Source: Candidatus Thalassarchaeaceae archaeon (lineage in GTDB: Archaea; Thermoplasmatota; Poseidoniia; MGIII; CG-Epi1). From it: a stretch of 64,000 bases of DNA. The notes beneath the pieces are model-generated. The model was not told where the DNA came from and searched no databases. It saw only the letters and a list, made by a program, of their open reading frames with translations. A program made the translations under genes and the position numbers. Location of the stretch: NCBI GenBank assembly GCA_963577905.1, contig CAUYZR010000001.1, forward strand, positions 66-64,065, read 5' to 3'. Positions 27,664-37,225 of this stretch are shown one piece after another; within the stretch, counting starts at the first letter, position 1, and each line of letters begins with the position of its first letter.

Positions 27664-28973
27664 TTGTTGTTCTCCATGAATTTTTGCAATCTATCTTCTA
27701 AAACTGGGATATCTTTCGAATCTATAAAGGATATGCAAACCCGCAACCCTTCATGCCTATTTGAGCCGGTCGATTTTAGAGTAATTGTTGAAATTCCATA
27801 TTTCAACAATTCCAGCATTAGGTGGTTCCCGTCATAGTTAGGATAGGACATTGTAAGATAGAAACCGTCGCCTACAGGCTCATCCATGTCCTTGTCATAA
27901 ACTTGTTTAAAACCGTATTTCAAGAATATTTTCCTGACGTGGCTTGCCCTTTTCCCATAAATTCGGGTAGTATCTATAAAATTGAAATCACCCTTGGCCG
28001 CACTTTCAAGCATTTTTGATAGGGCATACTGTGCAGTGTGGCTGGCTCCCGAGGTCGTTACGTACAAGCCCCCAAGGGAAAATGCGTGGCCAAATCGGCT
28101 CCTTCCACAAAACGATTTCAAACCCTCGAATTCCTGTTCGTTGAGTTCAGGAGAGATGACTGCGATTGCACATCTTGGTCCAGGGAATGAGAAAGCCTTG
28201 GATGCTGAGATTAGTGTAATCCAGTTGGTACCGAATTTGCCAATCGAAGGTATGTATGGTTCTGAGTATGGTACCGAATAATCTTTTCTGAAATCCATTC
28301 CCAAATACGCGAGATCCTCAATCGCCAGTATTTGATTCTCATCACATATTCGGGCTATTTCTTTCAATTCTTCTTTAGTCAAACAAGACCAGCTAGGGTT
28401 GTTTGGTGAGGACCATAGAATTCCTCCAATATCTCCCTTGGAAATCCGTTTTTCCATTGCTTCCACTAGTTCTGGCCCTCGATTATCATACAGTTCGATT
28501 CCATCACTTTCCAATCCGAGAAAACGAGCTTGATATCTGGTTACTGGGAAGGTTGGGTCAAGATATAATATAGTCTTCTTTCCCGGATGCATATTCCCCG
28601 CTAGGGCTTGTGAAATGTATCCACCTTGCAATGATCCACATGTAGGTATTACATGTTCAGGTTTCACATCCAAATCGAGAAACGCCTTAACAAAATCACT
28701 TCCAGCTTTCTTCAATTGCGGGATTCCATCAAAGGGTGGATAAGTACCTTGTAAACCGTCATCGATAGCCTTTTTCTCAGCTTCCTTTGCGATATCAGGA
28801 GTAGGAATGTTAGGAATGCCCATCTCCATCCTTACAAATTCAATTCCACATTCTTTACTTATAAGAGATGCCAAACGATTGGTCTCACGTATTGACAAAT
28901 TGTTAGAATCGTACCCAGTTTCATTGAAAATTTTGGACAGCGTCCCTTTAGGTATCGGTACTGATTTTGTCAA
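27660..28973 (-). CDS. Class I/II PLP-dependent aminotransferase
   Basis: PLP-lysine context ISASKAFSFPGPRCAIAV, SPNNPSWS, and 437 aa. Specific substrate not assignable. Confidence 0.6.
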   Translation of the reverse strand: MTKSVPIPKGTLSKIFNETGYDSNNLSIRETNRLASLISKECGIEFVRMEMGIPNIPTPDIAKEAEKKAIDDGLQGTYPPFDGIPQLKKAGSDFVKAFLDLDVKPEHVIPTCGSLQGGYISQALAGNMHPGKKTILYLDPTFPVTRYQARFLGLESDGIELYDNRGPELVEAMEKRISKGDIGGILWSSPNNPSWSCLTKEELKEIARICDENQILAIEDLAYLGMDFRKDYSVPYSEPYIPSIGKFGTNWITLISASKAFSFPGPRCAIAVISPELNEQEFEGLKSFCGRSRFGHAFSLGGLYVTTSGASHTAQYALSKMLESAAKGDFNFIDTTRIYGKRASHVRKIFLKYGFKQVYDKDMDEPVGDGFYLTMSYPNYDGNHLMLELLKYGISTITLKSTGSNRHEGLRVCISFIDSKDIPVLEDRLQKFMENNN

Positions 28974-29066
28974 ATGTTAGGCCTCTAAATGAAGTTCAGG
29001 AGAGCCTATGCTAAAAGGTTTGCATAATCTTTATAATGGATTTATTGCTTTTGATAAGTAACTAAT

Positions 29067-29873
29067 ATGATGCCAGTTGAGTTAACAGGTAATTTATTCA
29101 AGGAACTGAGAGGGAGAGCCTGTCGACTTCTTGCTGTGGAGGGCTGGACTCAGTCTAGATTGGGCAAGTCATTGGGTGTCAGTCAAGTGATGGCTGGCAA
29201 TTATTTGCATACATTACCAACGCATTTTGCTGAACCAATAGAGAGTGACCTAGAAGAGGCAGCCCAATCATTGGCAGAGATATTGAAAAGCGGTGACGTT
29301 TCGCGATGGACACTTAAGCTGATAGTCGACGAACAGGAATTAAGTCTTCGTTTTCCATTTCAAGATAGTCGTGAGACAACATTGGTCCAGATCGCAGGTA
29401 TGAGAAGACGCCTTTCGAATTTGATTCCTCTTTTGTCCCCTCAAGTCAGGGTCAATATTGCGATGGCTACTAGTGATGCTGTTGACAAATCGGGAATCGC
29501 AGCTTTTCCTGGTCGTCTGACTCCAGTAGATGGCCGAGCACGCCCCTTATATTCACCTAAATTTGGTGGTTCTTCTCATCTATCTAATTTACTCTTGGAT
29601 ATTCGTAAATTCAATTCCGATGCTTGCGTGATAATAAATCTGAGATGGGATTCTGTTGTCTTAGACCTGCTAAAAAGAATGCAAATCCATCCTTTGGTAT
29701 TACAAAGAGAAGGTGAAAATCTGGTGATAAGTAAGGAAGTTGTCAAAACTGAAGTTCTTGTAGATGAGGGCGGTCATGGTTTTGAACCTTCGCTGTATGT
29801 ATTTGGTGACTCCACAGAAAGTGTGGCTAGAATTGTAGAGGAGCTGGGGCATTCATTGGAGGTTATGGCGTGA
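29067..29873 (+). CDS. HTH + ThiN-like domain protein, a possible ThiR-type thiamine regulator
   Basis: N-terminal HTH (GWTQSRLGKSLGVSQVMAGNY). The rest is ThiN-like by size and content. The call rests largely on context with the downstream SSS transporter and TPK. Confidence 0.35.
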   Translation: MMPVELTGNLFKELRGRACRLLAVEGWTQSRLGKSLGVSQVMAGNYLHTLPTHFAEPIESDLEEAAQSLAEILKSGDVSRWTLKLIVDEQELSLRFPFQDSRETTLVQIAGMRRRLSNLIPLLSPQVRVNIAMATSDAVDKSGIAAFPGRLTPVDGRARPLYSPKFGGSSHLSNLLLDIRKFNSDACVIINLRWDSVVLDLLKRMQIHPLVLQREGENLVISKEVVKTEVLVDEGGHGFEPSLYVFGDSTESVARIVEELGHSLEVMA

Positions 29874-31309
29874 TTTCAGTAGGCATAGGATATATTCTTC
29901 TGCTTGCGACGCTTGTGTTTTTTACCTGGCTAGGATATCGAGAGTCAGTTGGCAAGGAATTGGATAATGACCAATTCCTGTCGGCGCGAGGCAGCCAGAA
30001 TTGGATCATGATTGGTTTAAGTCTGTTCGCATCGGGAATGGGTGTGTGGATCCTGTTTGGACCTTCGGAAGTTGGATATTATGGTGGTTTTTACGACGTA
30101 ATGGGCTATGCTTTGTCTTCTGCAACCCCTTTTCTGTTATTGGCATATTTAGGGCCATTAATCAGAAAATTAACACCAGAGGGCGTAACTCTTGCAGATT
30201 ATGTTCGTCAAAGAATGGGCCGCACGATGCAAATCTATGTGGGAGTAATTTCTATAATTTACATGTTCACATTCATGTTTGCAGAATACATTGCGATAGG
30301 TAGAGCAGTTGAATTCTTATCGGGTATAGATTCACTGGTTCCGATTATAGGGGTTGCACTGGTCACGACTTTCTATACTGTAATGGGTGGCTTGCCAGTA
30401 TCTATTAAGACAGATCGTATTCAGGCATTTTTCATAGTCTGGTTGATAGGCTGCATCGTTATTTTTATCTTCAATGAAGGAATTAGCAGTACTTTTGATG
30501 ATGCCAAAGCATACACACCAGAAGATTTGGAATATGGATGGAAACATGGCAGTATCAGTGACTATTCAACCTTTGAAGCTGGTCTGGCTCTTGTTTTGGC
30601 AATAACTGCGGCTGAGATGTTTTCACAAGGTAACTGGCAGCGTACATGGGCCTCGAAGGATGATAATTCTTTACAGAAAGGTGCTCTCCTAGCATCCCTA
30701 CTGTGTTTCATCGCAGTCTTGCTCTTTGGTTTTCTAGGAACCACCGTAGCAGGTAGAGGTTCTCTCTCAGATCCTTCACTATCGTTCTTCGAATTAATTC
30801 ATGACTATCCTGAAGCAATTCTGTCAATGTTCCTAGTTCTTGGAATCGCTTTGGTATGCTCTAGCGTTGATACACTCCAGAATGCGGTTGTTGCAGTAGT
30901 GTCCCGAGATTTATCAGATTCTAGGTTGGGTCTACAGGAAGCACGTTATGTCACACTTGCTACAGTGCCTGTTGCTATAATATTGACCTGGTACTTTGCT
31001 GATGATGCCCTCAGTGTATTCCGAATATTTCTTGTGGCTGATTTATTTGCTGCAGCCACAGTATTGCCCATTTTCCTGTCCCTCTCAAATAGAATCACTT
31101 CGACAGGTAGTTTGGTTGGGGCCATCTTTGGTTTGATTTCTGTTGTTATTTACGGAACAATAATATCGGATTTGCAAACAGGTATCGATTACTTGACGAA
31201 TCCCGTTAATGAGTATGGCCTGGCCAATCTATGGATCTTCGTATCAGCTCTTGCAGGTTCAGCCTTCGTCACTATTGCTGTCTCTGAATTTGAGAATAGT
31301 CAATCATGA
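29870..31309 (+). CDS. Sodium:solute symporter family (SSS) transporter, ThiV-like
   Basis: 479 aa, about 13 TM helices. N-terminal SSF signature region (SARGSQNWIMIGLSLFASGMGVW). 4-nt overlap with the upstream gene. Confidence 0.7.
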   Translation: MISVGIGYILLLATLVFFTWLGYRESVGKELDNDQFLSARGSQNWIMIGLSLFASGMGVWILFGPSEVGYYGGFYDVMGYALSSATPFLLLAYLGPLIRKLTPEGVTLADYVRQRMGRTMQIYVGVISIIYMFTFMFAEYIAIGRAVEFLSGIDSLVPIIGVALVTTFYTVMGGLPVSIKTDRIQAFFIVWLIGCIVIFIFNEGISSTFDDAKAYTPEDLEYGWKHGSISDYSTFEAGLALVLAITAAEMFSQGNWQRTWASKDDNSLQKGALLASLLCFIAVLLFGFLGTTVAGRGSLSDPSLSFFELIHDYPEAILSMFLVLGIALVCSSVDTLQNAVVAVVSRDLSDSRLGLQEARYVTLATVPVAIILTWYFADDALSVFRIFLVADLFAAATVLPIFLSLSNRITSTGSLVGAIFGLISVVIYGTIISDLQTGIDYLTNPVNEYGLANLWIFVSALAGSAFVTIAVSEFENSQS

Positions 31310-31908
31310 GGAAGCAAGAAATCGCCTTCTATCAGTAACAGGTTACCGCTGTGGCATTCAATTGTCACCTTTCCCGAGGCTCCAATCTCGTTATGAATGC
31401 CTCTGCCACCGATTCTTAGCTTCTCATGCTGTAGATTCCATCTTGCACCTTCTACACTGATACGTGCCTCAGGCATAGCGATTAGCGAGAAGATAGTGTT
31501 TTCGGGACCTTCTATGGTCTTAGATTCATCAACACAATGTATTGTAAATTTATCATCAATTAATTTGACCCTTGAATCAAATACTATACCCAAAGCTGCT
31601 AGCGTATGGTCGATTCTTCCTCCTGACCATCCTATAACTATAACTTCTTCTGCCCTCTTTTCGAATGCATGGTCCACTGCCTTTTCCAGATCCGTTTTCT
31701 GGACATTTTTATTTGAAATGGTCCATTCTTCGAGCTTAGTGATTGTCTTGTCAGATACCGAATCCAAATCACCTATAATCACATCAGGGGTGATATTATA
31801 CTTCAATAACCTATCAGCCCCAGCATCTGCAGCTATTACTAGTGAATTTTTTGCTAGTTCTATGACTTTACTATCCAATGGTCTGTTACCAACGACTAGT
31901 GCTCTCAA
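31300..31908 (-). CDS. Thiamine pyrophosphokinase
   Basis: VIAADAGADRL...PDVIIGDLDS motif and C-terminal thiamin-binding beta domain. 202 aa. Confidence 0.65.
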   Translation of the reverse strand: MRALVVGNRPLDSKVIELAKNSLVIAADAGADRLLKYNITPDVIIGDLDSVSDKTITKLEEWTISNKNVQKTDLEKAVDHAFEKRAEEVIVIGWSGGRIDHTLAALGIVFDSRVKLIDDKFTIHCVDESKTIEGPENTIFSLIAMPEARISVEGARWNLQHEKLRIGGRGIHNEIGASGKVTIECHSGNLLLIEGDFLLPHD

Positions 31909-33089
31909 ATCAAATCGCCAATTTCCGCCAGAATCTCAGGGTGGTGTTCTTCTAAGACCGCCAAAATTCCAGCTACTGTTGGTTCTTCCACTCCGACGTC
32001 AGCCATTGTCTTGACCACAGCATCTATTGATTCCGGTTCGACCTCTGTCAGTTTTGTTTTTGCTAGATATGAATGATAGAGCCGGTCTTCCATGACCTTT
32101 CTCCATTCCATATCATATTCCTGCATTGCTTCTTTAGAGTAATCCTTTGTTTTAGTGGCCTTTCCAATTATACGTCCGGCAATTTCTCCAGACAGACAGG
32201 CGTTTGCCACCCCTCCTCCTGTAATGGAATCAATTTGTCTTGCAGCGTCTCCAACTAGGATAACACCAGCCCCAGCGGTCTTCTCCAGAGGTTCCGAAAG
32301 AGACACACCACCGCCCTGAATATCAATACATTTTCCTTTCGAGAAATGTTTGTGATTCTCTATAAACTGGTCCAATAATACTTTTATTTCTCCTGGATCC
32401 TTAACTCTACTGACCATGCATCCAATCCCTACATTGGATTCGTTCGACGATTTTGGGAATGACCAGATATATGCTCCTTTGCTCCCCTTTGCCAGGTAAA
32501 ATTCGCAATATTCAGGATCTATATCCAAGTCAATCAGAGTGTACTGCAATGCCCCACACATATCGGCAGGTTTCCGATGGGTGGGTAGGTTCGCCCATCT
32601 CCCAACTTGGGACTCAAACCCATCTGCCCCAACAACAACGCCACATGTTATCTCGGACTCTTTGCCGTTCGAATCACGAATCTTTACCCCGCCAACATAT
32701 TCTCCATTCCAAAGCAAATCTGTGACAGTTACTCCAGTTCTTACTTCCGCTCCATCATCCTCTGCCAATTTAGCCAGAAATTGGTCCAGTTTATCACGAT
32801 GTATGACCATCCCAACCTCGGTACCCAGATTGTCATCCTCTATCGTCAAAGAGTTTCCATTGGGTGAATAGATCTTTGCGCCTCTCACTCGATTAGCGAT
32901 CCAATCCCCTTCCAGTGGTACACCAACCATTTCCAGCCATTTTGGTGCTATTCCTTCTCCACATCGAACCGGCACCCCGATTTCGTCCCTTTTTTCCAGA
33001 AGGAGTGTTCTGGCCCCGTTTTTAGCTGCGAATCTGGCAGTTGTGCTACCCCCTGGCCCAGCGCCTACCACAACAGTATCGTAATCCAT
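31905..33089 (-). CDS. Geranylgeranyl reductase family FAD-dependent oxidoreductase (digeranylgeranylglycerophospholipid reductase-like)
   Basis: DTVVVGAGPGGSTTARFAA FAD motif, RCGEGI, and 394 aa. Confidence 0.8.
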   Translation of the reverse strand: MDYDTVVVGAGPGGSTTARFAAKNGARTLLLEKRDEIGVPVRCGEGIAPKWLEMVGVPLEGDWIANRVRGAKIYSPNGNSLTIEDDNLGTEVGMVIHRDKLDQFLAKLAEDDGAEVRTGVTVTDLLWNGEYVGGVKIRDSNGKESEITCGVVVGADGFESQVGRWANLPTHRKPADMCGALQYTLIDLDIDPEYCEFYLAKGSKGAYIWSFPKSSNESNVGIGCMVSRVKDPGEIKVLLDQFIENHKHFSKGKCIDIQGGGVSLSEPLEKTAGAGVILVGDAARQIDSITGGGVANACLSGEIAGRIIGKATKTKDYSKEAMQEYDMEWRKVMEDRLYHSYLAKTKLTEVEPESIDAVVKTMADVGVEEPTVAGILAVLEEHHPEILAEIGDLI

Positions 33090-33172
33090 GACCTCCCAGT
33101 TTGATTGATTATAAAATGTTTACATGACTAGAACTGGAGAATTTACAAGATTTTGGGAGTTATGCATCTATT

Positions 33173-34129
33173 TCAGAAATGAATGCTTCCTTTGGGAGAT
33201 ACCAATGTCCGGCTTAAATCTTTTTCAAATGAGATTGCTGGTCCAATTACACAATCCTCTATGATACCACCATATCCCTTGACATCAGATAGTATGACCG
33301 TTCTCCTGATTACACACTTTTCCATTTTGGCATTAGGTCCTATTATGGCATTGGGACCAATAATACAGTCCTGTAATTCTGCACTTTCATGAATAAGTGA
33401 AGGTCCTCGTATGCTTGCCCCGCTATGAGCTGCAGTTCCATTATTACCAATGGATTTGAAGTTGGCTTCCAGATACGATTCAGGCGTTCCTGAATCAATA
33501 AAGTATCCTTCAAATGGGAAACCATACAATCCATTACCAGCTACTTTGGGGTAGATGTCTCTTTCAATAGAGATTTTCTGATTCGGAGGTATCATTTCCA
33601 GCACTTCAGGTTCAAGTAGATATGTTCCCGCGTTTATCAGATTTGATAGTTCTGTACCTCTTTCAGGTTTCTCTTGGAATTGTAATATCTGTCTCTCTTT
33701 CAGTTCGACTACTCCGAATCGGTTTGGATCTTCAACTTCCCACAAGGCCAGTGTACCCTTTGCTTTGGTCCTGATGTGTTGTTCCAGCATTTTGCTTAGG
33801 TCTACGGAGGTTACTACATCACCATTGAACACAGCGGTAGTCCCTGTAACATGATTGATGCAGTTTCTCATTGCCCCACCAGTGCCTAGAGGTTTTTCTT
33901 CAGGTACAATAATTATTTTTTTTCCAATATCCCTTCCCTCAAAATATGTTTTCATCTCGTATAGGCCATAATTTACGGCTAAAATTGCCATATCAAAAAC
34001 TTCTGGCAGATTTCTGACCATTAGTTCCACCATCGGTACGTTTGCCAAGGGAAGCAATGGCTTTGGAACTGTATGAGTCAGTGGCCTGAGTCTGGTCCCA
34101 AGTCCTCCAACCAGAATTATCGCTTCCAT
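33173..34129 (-). CDS. Sugar-phosphate nucleotidyltransferase with a C-terminal left-handed beta-helix (GMPP/GlmU-like)
   Basis: MEAIILVGGLGTRLRPLT signature and a hexapeptide-repeat C-terminus (IIGPNAIIGPNA). Confidence 0.75.
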   Translation of the reverse strand: MEAIILVGGLGTRLRPLTHTVPKPLLPLANVPMVELMVRNLPEVFDMAILAVNYGLYEMKTYFEGRDIGKKIIIVPEEKPLGTGGAMRNCINHVTGTTAVFNGDVVTSVDLSKMLEQHIRTKAKGTLALWEVEDPNRFGVVELKERQILQFQEKPERGTELSNLINAGTYLLEPEVLEMIPPNQKISIERDIYPKVAGNGLYGFPFEGYFIDSGTPESYLEANFKSIGNNGTAAHSGASIRGPSLIHESAELQDCIIGPNAIIGPNAKMEKCVIRRTVILSDVKGYGGIIEDCVIGPAISFEKDLSRTLVSPKGSIHF

Positions 34130-34133
34130 GTTA

Positions 34134-34697
34134 TCAGTTATCTAGGCGATGATGTATTAATGTTATACAGGCTGAACTCAGCAAACTTTCTTTTCCCAAA
34201 CTAATTTTTGGTAATTTCTTCAATATTTCCATTTCTTCTTCGGTTGGATTCTTGTCGTCTCCAAGTACAAACGTATTTGCGTCATTCATCACGACTTCAC
34301 CATTTTCACTGAGGAGTACCGGATTAGGCAACTTTTTCAAGACTTTATCCAAACCTATTCTTTCCATGGTTATTCCAGGGCTTGTTTCCATTGGTTCAGT
34401 CCCATTTTTGAATTTTATCAATCCATTTCTGATAAGGGCTGCCGTCGAACGCTCATCAGGATTTAGATAACGAATCTTCTCGCCACTAAAATGGACCGTG
34501 ACTGGAGGATTTGGAGGACCATTTAGAATCAACCAGATGTCAGTATCACGCCTTATACCGTGTGATTTCCAAAGGGCAGTGGTGACACACCTAACCAGAA
34601 CATCAAGTCTCCCAGCACCTCCGCAAAGATCATCCAATTTCCAATCCGCAACGGTATGTGCTCGGTGTCCAATTATCACAAAGTTTCTGTCGGCCAA
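34134..34697 (-). CDS. tRNA (pseudouridine54-N1)-methyltransferase TrmY-like (SPOUT, COG1901)
   Basis: GGAGRLDVLVRCVTTALWKSHGIRRDT and RYLNPDERSTAALIRN resemble TrmY conserved blocks. Located 30 nt downstream of tRNA-Gly on the same strand. Confidence 0.5.
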   Translation of the reverse strand: MADRNFVIIGHRAHTVADWKLDDLCGGAGRLDVLVRCVTTALWKSHGIRRDTDIWLILNGPPNPPVTVHFSGEKIRYLNPDERSTAALIRNGLIKFKNGTEPMETSPGITMERIGLDKVLKKLPNPVLLSENGEVVMNDANTFVLGDDKNPTEEEMEILKKLPKISLGKESLLSSACITLIHHRLDN

Positions 34698-34726
34698 GGA
34701 TAGGGTCTACGCTGGTTGGATTAAAT

Positions 34727-34802
34727 TGGTGCGGGTGCCGGGATTTGAACCCGGGTTGGTGGCTTGGGAAGCCACAGTCATGCCAGACTAGACCACACCC
34801 GC
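34727..34802 (-). tRNA. tRNA-Gly (anticodon CCC), 3' CCA encoded
   Basis: The reverse complement folds: GCGGGTG acceptor, anticodon stem GTGGC/GCCAC with loop TTCCCAA, T-arm CCGGG-TTCAAAT-CCCGG, then A-CCA. Confidence 0.85.
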
Positions 34803-34813
34803 TCAGTCCAAGA

Positions 34814-37147
34814 TTATTTTTTCGTCTTTTTCTTTGGGGTTTTCTTCTTCGGCGTTTCTTCTACCATTTCGGCGTCTTGAACATCATCAAAGTTCCATTC
34901 CTCAACCTTTCCAAAATCTTTGTTCTTCATCTGCCTTAGGCTGAATGTGGCCATCATTACCGCCCCCACTGCAAATGCTAACACACCAGGATAAATCGAA
35001 GGTTCCTCAGTTAATCCCAAATAGATTCCTGAAACAGCCATTGCTGCCAAACCAATTCCCATTATGGCCTCCCCGGCGATTAATCCAGAGGCAAACAGTA
35101 TTCCTGGGCTGTGAAGTTTCTCTCTTTCTTGCGATAATTTCTCTTCTTGCCCTTTCTTGAAAAGTTCAGGTCTTTCTTTCTTTAGAGGGCTATTGAATTT
35201 GCGGTCAATGTACATCTTTATCATTCCCCCAATGAATATCGGGACAGTCATCTTGAGACTGAGGTACATTCCAACGGCTACAGCCATTATAGATATATTC
35301 AATCCGCCTCTGTCTCTTATCCAGAGTTGTGTGGCTCCAACAAGTAGACTCCCTGAGAATAAGAATGCAGGTATTGCGCCCTCTAGAAACCCTCCGATTA
35401 GGAAAAGGACGTAGGCACAGATCAGAATGTTAACATATTCACCAGTATGTCTAAGTGCTATCAGACAAAATGCAATTCCGGTCCCCATGAAAACCATGGA
35501 CCAGTCCATTCCACCACCTAGGATTCCATTTGTTATACTAGCCATCAAAAAGGCCTGAGGGGCCTCAAGATCCCCATTGATGATCTGGTCTGCAAGTAAA
35601 TTAAGAACCAGAGGAATTACTAGAGCTCCTGCTGCAACGCCCACGATTTGCCCAATCTGCTGGCGCCATGGTGTGGCCCCAACTATGTATCCAGTTTTCA
35701 GATCCTGAAGATTATCCCCAGAGATTGCTCCTGCACAAGCTACGAATGCTGCTACACCTATGACTGCAACTTGTAATTCAGCCGTGTTTTCACCACCATA
35801 CACCAGACTGTTCAACAACGCAAAAGTTGTTGCAGTCAGAATAACTACGATAATCGTTACTCCTGAAAGTGGATTGTTGCTGCTTCCTACTATACCTGCC
35901 ATATATCCTGCCACTGCAGCAAATAGAAATCCAGCCGTGAAAATTATGACCAGTGATAGTATTGCAGGTAGTAGTAGTCCGGAAACAAGCCACACCATGA
36001 AGAACATGGGAACTGCCATTGCAACACTGGTCACAGCGATTGATCTTGCAGGAAGATCCTCATCGGTTCGTAGTTCACTGCCTTTGGTAACGGTCTGTTT
36101 GGTTGCTTTAATCATTTCAGTGATACCTTTGATTAGAGCTTCACGCATGATTACCAAAGTGTACAATCCACCAACTAGCATAGTTCCTACTCCTACCATT
36201 CTTCTTCGGCCGTTGATATGATTTGCATAATCGCCGTAATTAATCACATCTCCAGACATTGCGGCACTCGTGATCTGTTCTATGAATGCATCAGTCGGAT
36301 TTAGAAGAGTACTCGCTATGGGCATTATGACAATCGCCCCTAAAAGTCCTCCAAAGAAAACAAAACTGGCAATTGCAGGGCCAACAATGTATCCTACACC
36401 TAGTAAGGCAGGGGAGAATTCAGCACCAAAGTAGAAAGTCGTTTTCGATTTGGCATAGGCAGCCGAGGAATTCAATTTTCCAGTAAAGGTGTAGAAACCT
36501 TGCCAACCATGTTCCCAGAGTCCAATACTAACTTGTTTCATTGTATTATCTACAGTTACCATTAGTGAGGACAGAATCTTGTACGCGGCACCGAAGGCAA
36601 TACCAGCAAAGATTGGCATTACCTGAGAACCCCCTTTCTCTCCGGCAACTAGCACTTCTGCGCAGGCCACACCTTCCGGATATGGCAATTTTTCCTTGAC
36701 TATGAAGATCCTTCTAAGACTTATCGAGAACATGACTCCGATTGTGCCACCAACCAGTGCTATTATCAGGGTCTTGAAATATGGAAATTCGGACCAGCCA
36801 ATCTCACCATTACTGGTCTGATTCATCACTAGAAGTGCAGGTAGAGTAAAGATTACTCCTGCGGCCAGTGATTCGCCTGAAGAAACGGCTGTTTGAACCC
36901 AATTATTCTCAAGAATATTTGTTCCTTTTGAAATATTGGCTTTTGCCAGACTTCTCAGAACAGCCATTGATATGACTGCCGCAGGAATAGAAGCACTTAC
37001 CGTCATTCCAACGTACAATCCTAGATAGACATTCGCAGCAGTCAGAAGCATTCCTAGAACAATGGCTAGAATGATTCCTTGTGTTGTTATTTCGGGTAAA
37101 ATGGTTGTTGCTGAAACGTAAGGTTTGTGTTCTTCATTGGATACCAT
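34814..37147 (-). CDS. OPT-family oligopeptide transporter-like membrane protein
   Basis: 777 aa, 15-16 predicted TM helices, Gly-rich helices, Lys-rich C-terminus. Assignment by size and topology only. Confidence 0.5.
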   Translation of the reverse strand: MVSNEEHKPYVSATTILPEITTQGIILAIVLGMLLTAANVYLGLYVGMTVSASIPAAVISMAVLRSLAKANISKGTNILENNWVQTAVSSGESLAAGVIFTLPALLVMNQTSNGEIGWSEFPYFKTLIIALVGGTIGVMFSISLRRIFIVKEKLPYPEGVACAEVLVAGEKGGSQVMPIFAGIAFGAAYKILSSLMVTVDNTMKQVSIGLWEHGWQGFYTFTGKLNSSAAYAKSKTTFYFGAEFSPALLGVGYIVGPAIASFVFFGGLLGAIVIMPIASTLLNPTDAFIEQITSAAMSGDVINYGDYANHINGRRRMVGVGTMLVGGLYTLVIMREALIKGITEMIKATKQTVTKGSELRTDEDLPARSIAVTSVAMAVPMFFMVWLVSGLLLPAILSLVIIFTAGFLFAAVAGYMAGIVGSSNNPLSGVTIIVVILTATTFALLNSLVYGGENTAELQVAVIGVAAFVACAGAISGDNLQDLKTGYIVGATPWRQQIGQIVGVAAGALVIPLVLNLLADQIINGDLEAPQAFLMASITNGILGGGMDWSMVFMGTGIAFCLIALRHTGEYVNILICAYVLFLIGGFLEGAIPAFLFSGSLLVGATQLWIRDRGGLNISIMAVAVGMYLSLKMTVPIFIGGMIKMYIDRKFNSPLKKERPELFKKGQEEKLSQEREKLHSPGILFASGLIAGEAIMGIGLAAMAVSGIYLGLTEEPSIYPGVLAFAVGAVMMATFSLRQMKNKDFGKVEEWNFDDVQDAEMVEETPKKKTPKKKTKK

Positions 37148-37225
37148 GTTGCTTCCTCATTTCTCAAACAGTCATAAAGGCTTATGGGCCTCCGCAGTTT
37201 TTAAGCTCCCACTCTCTGCCATCTT

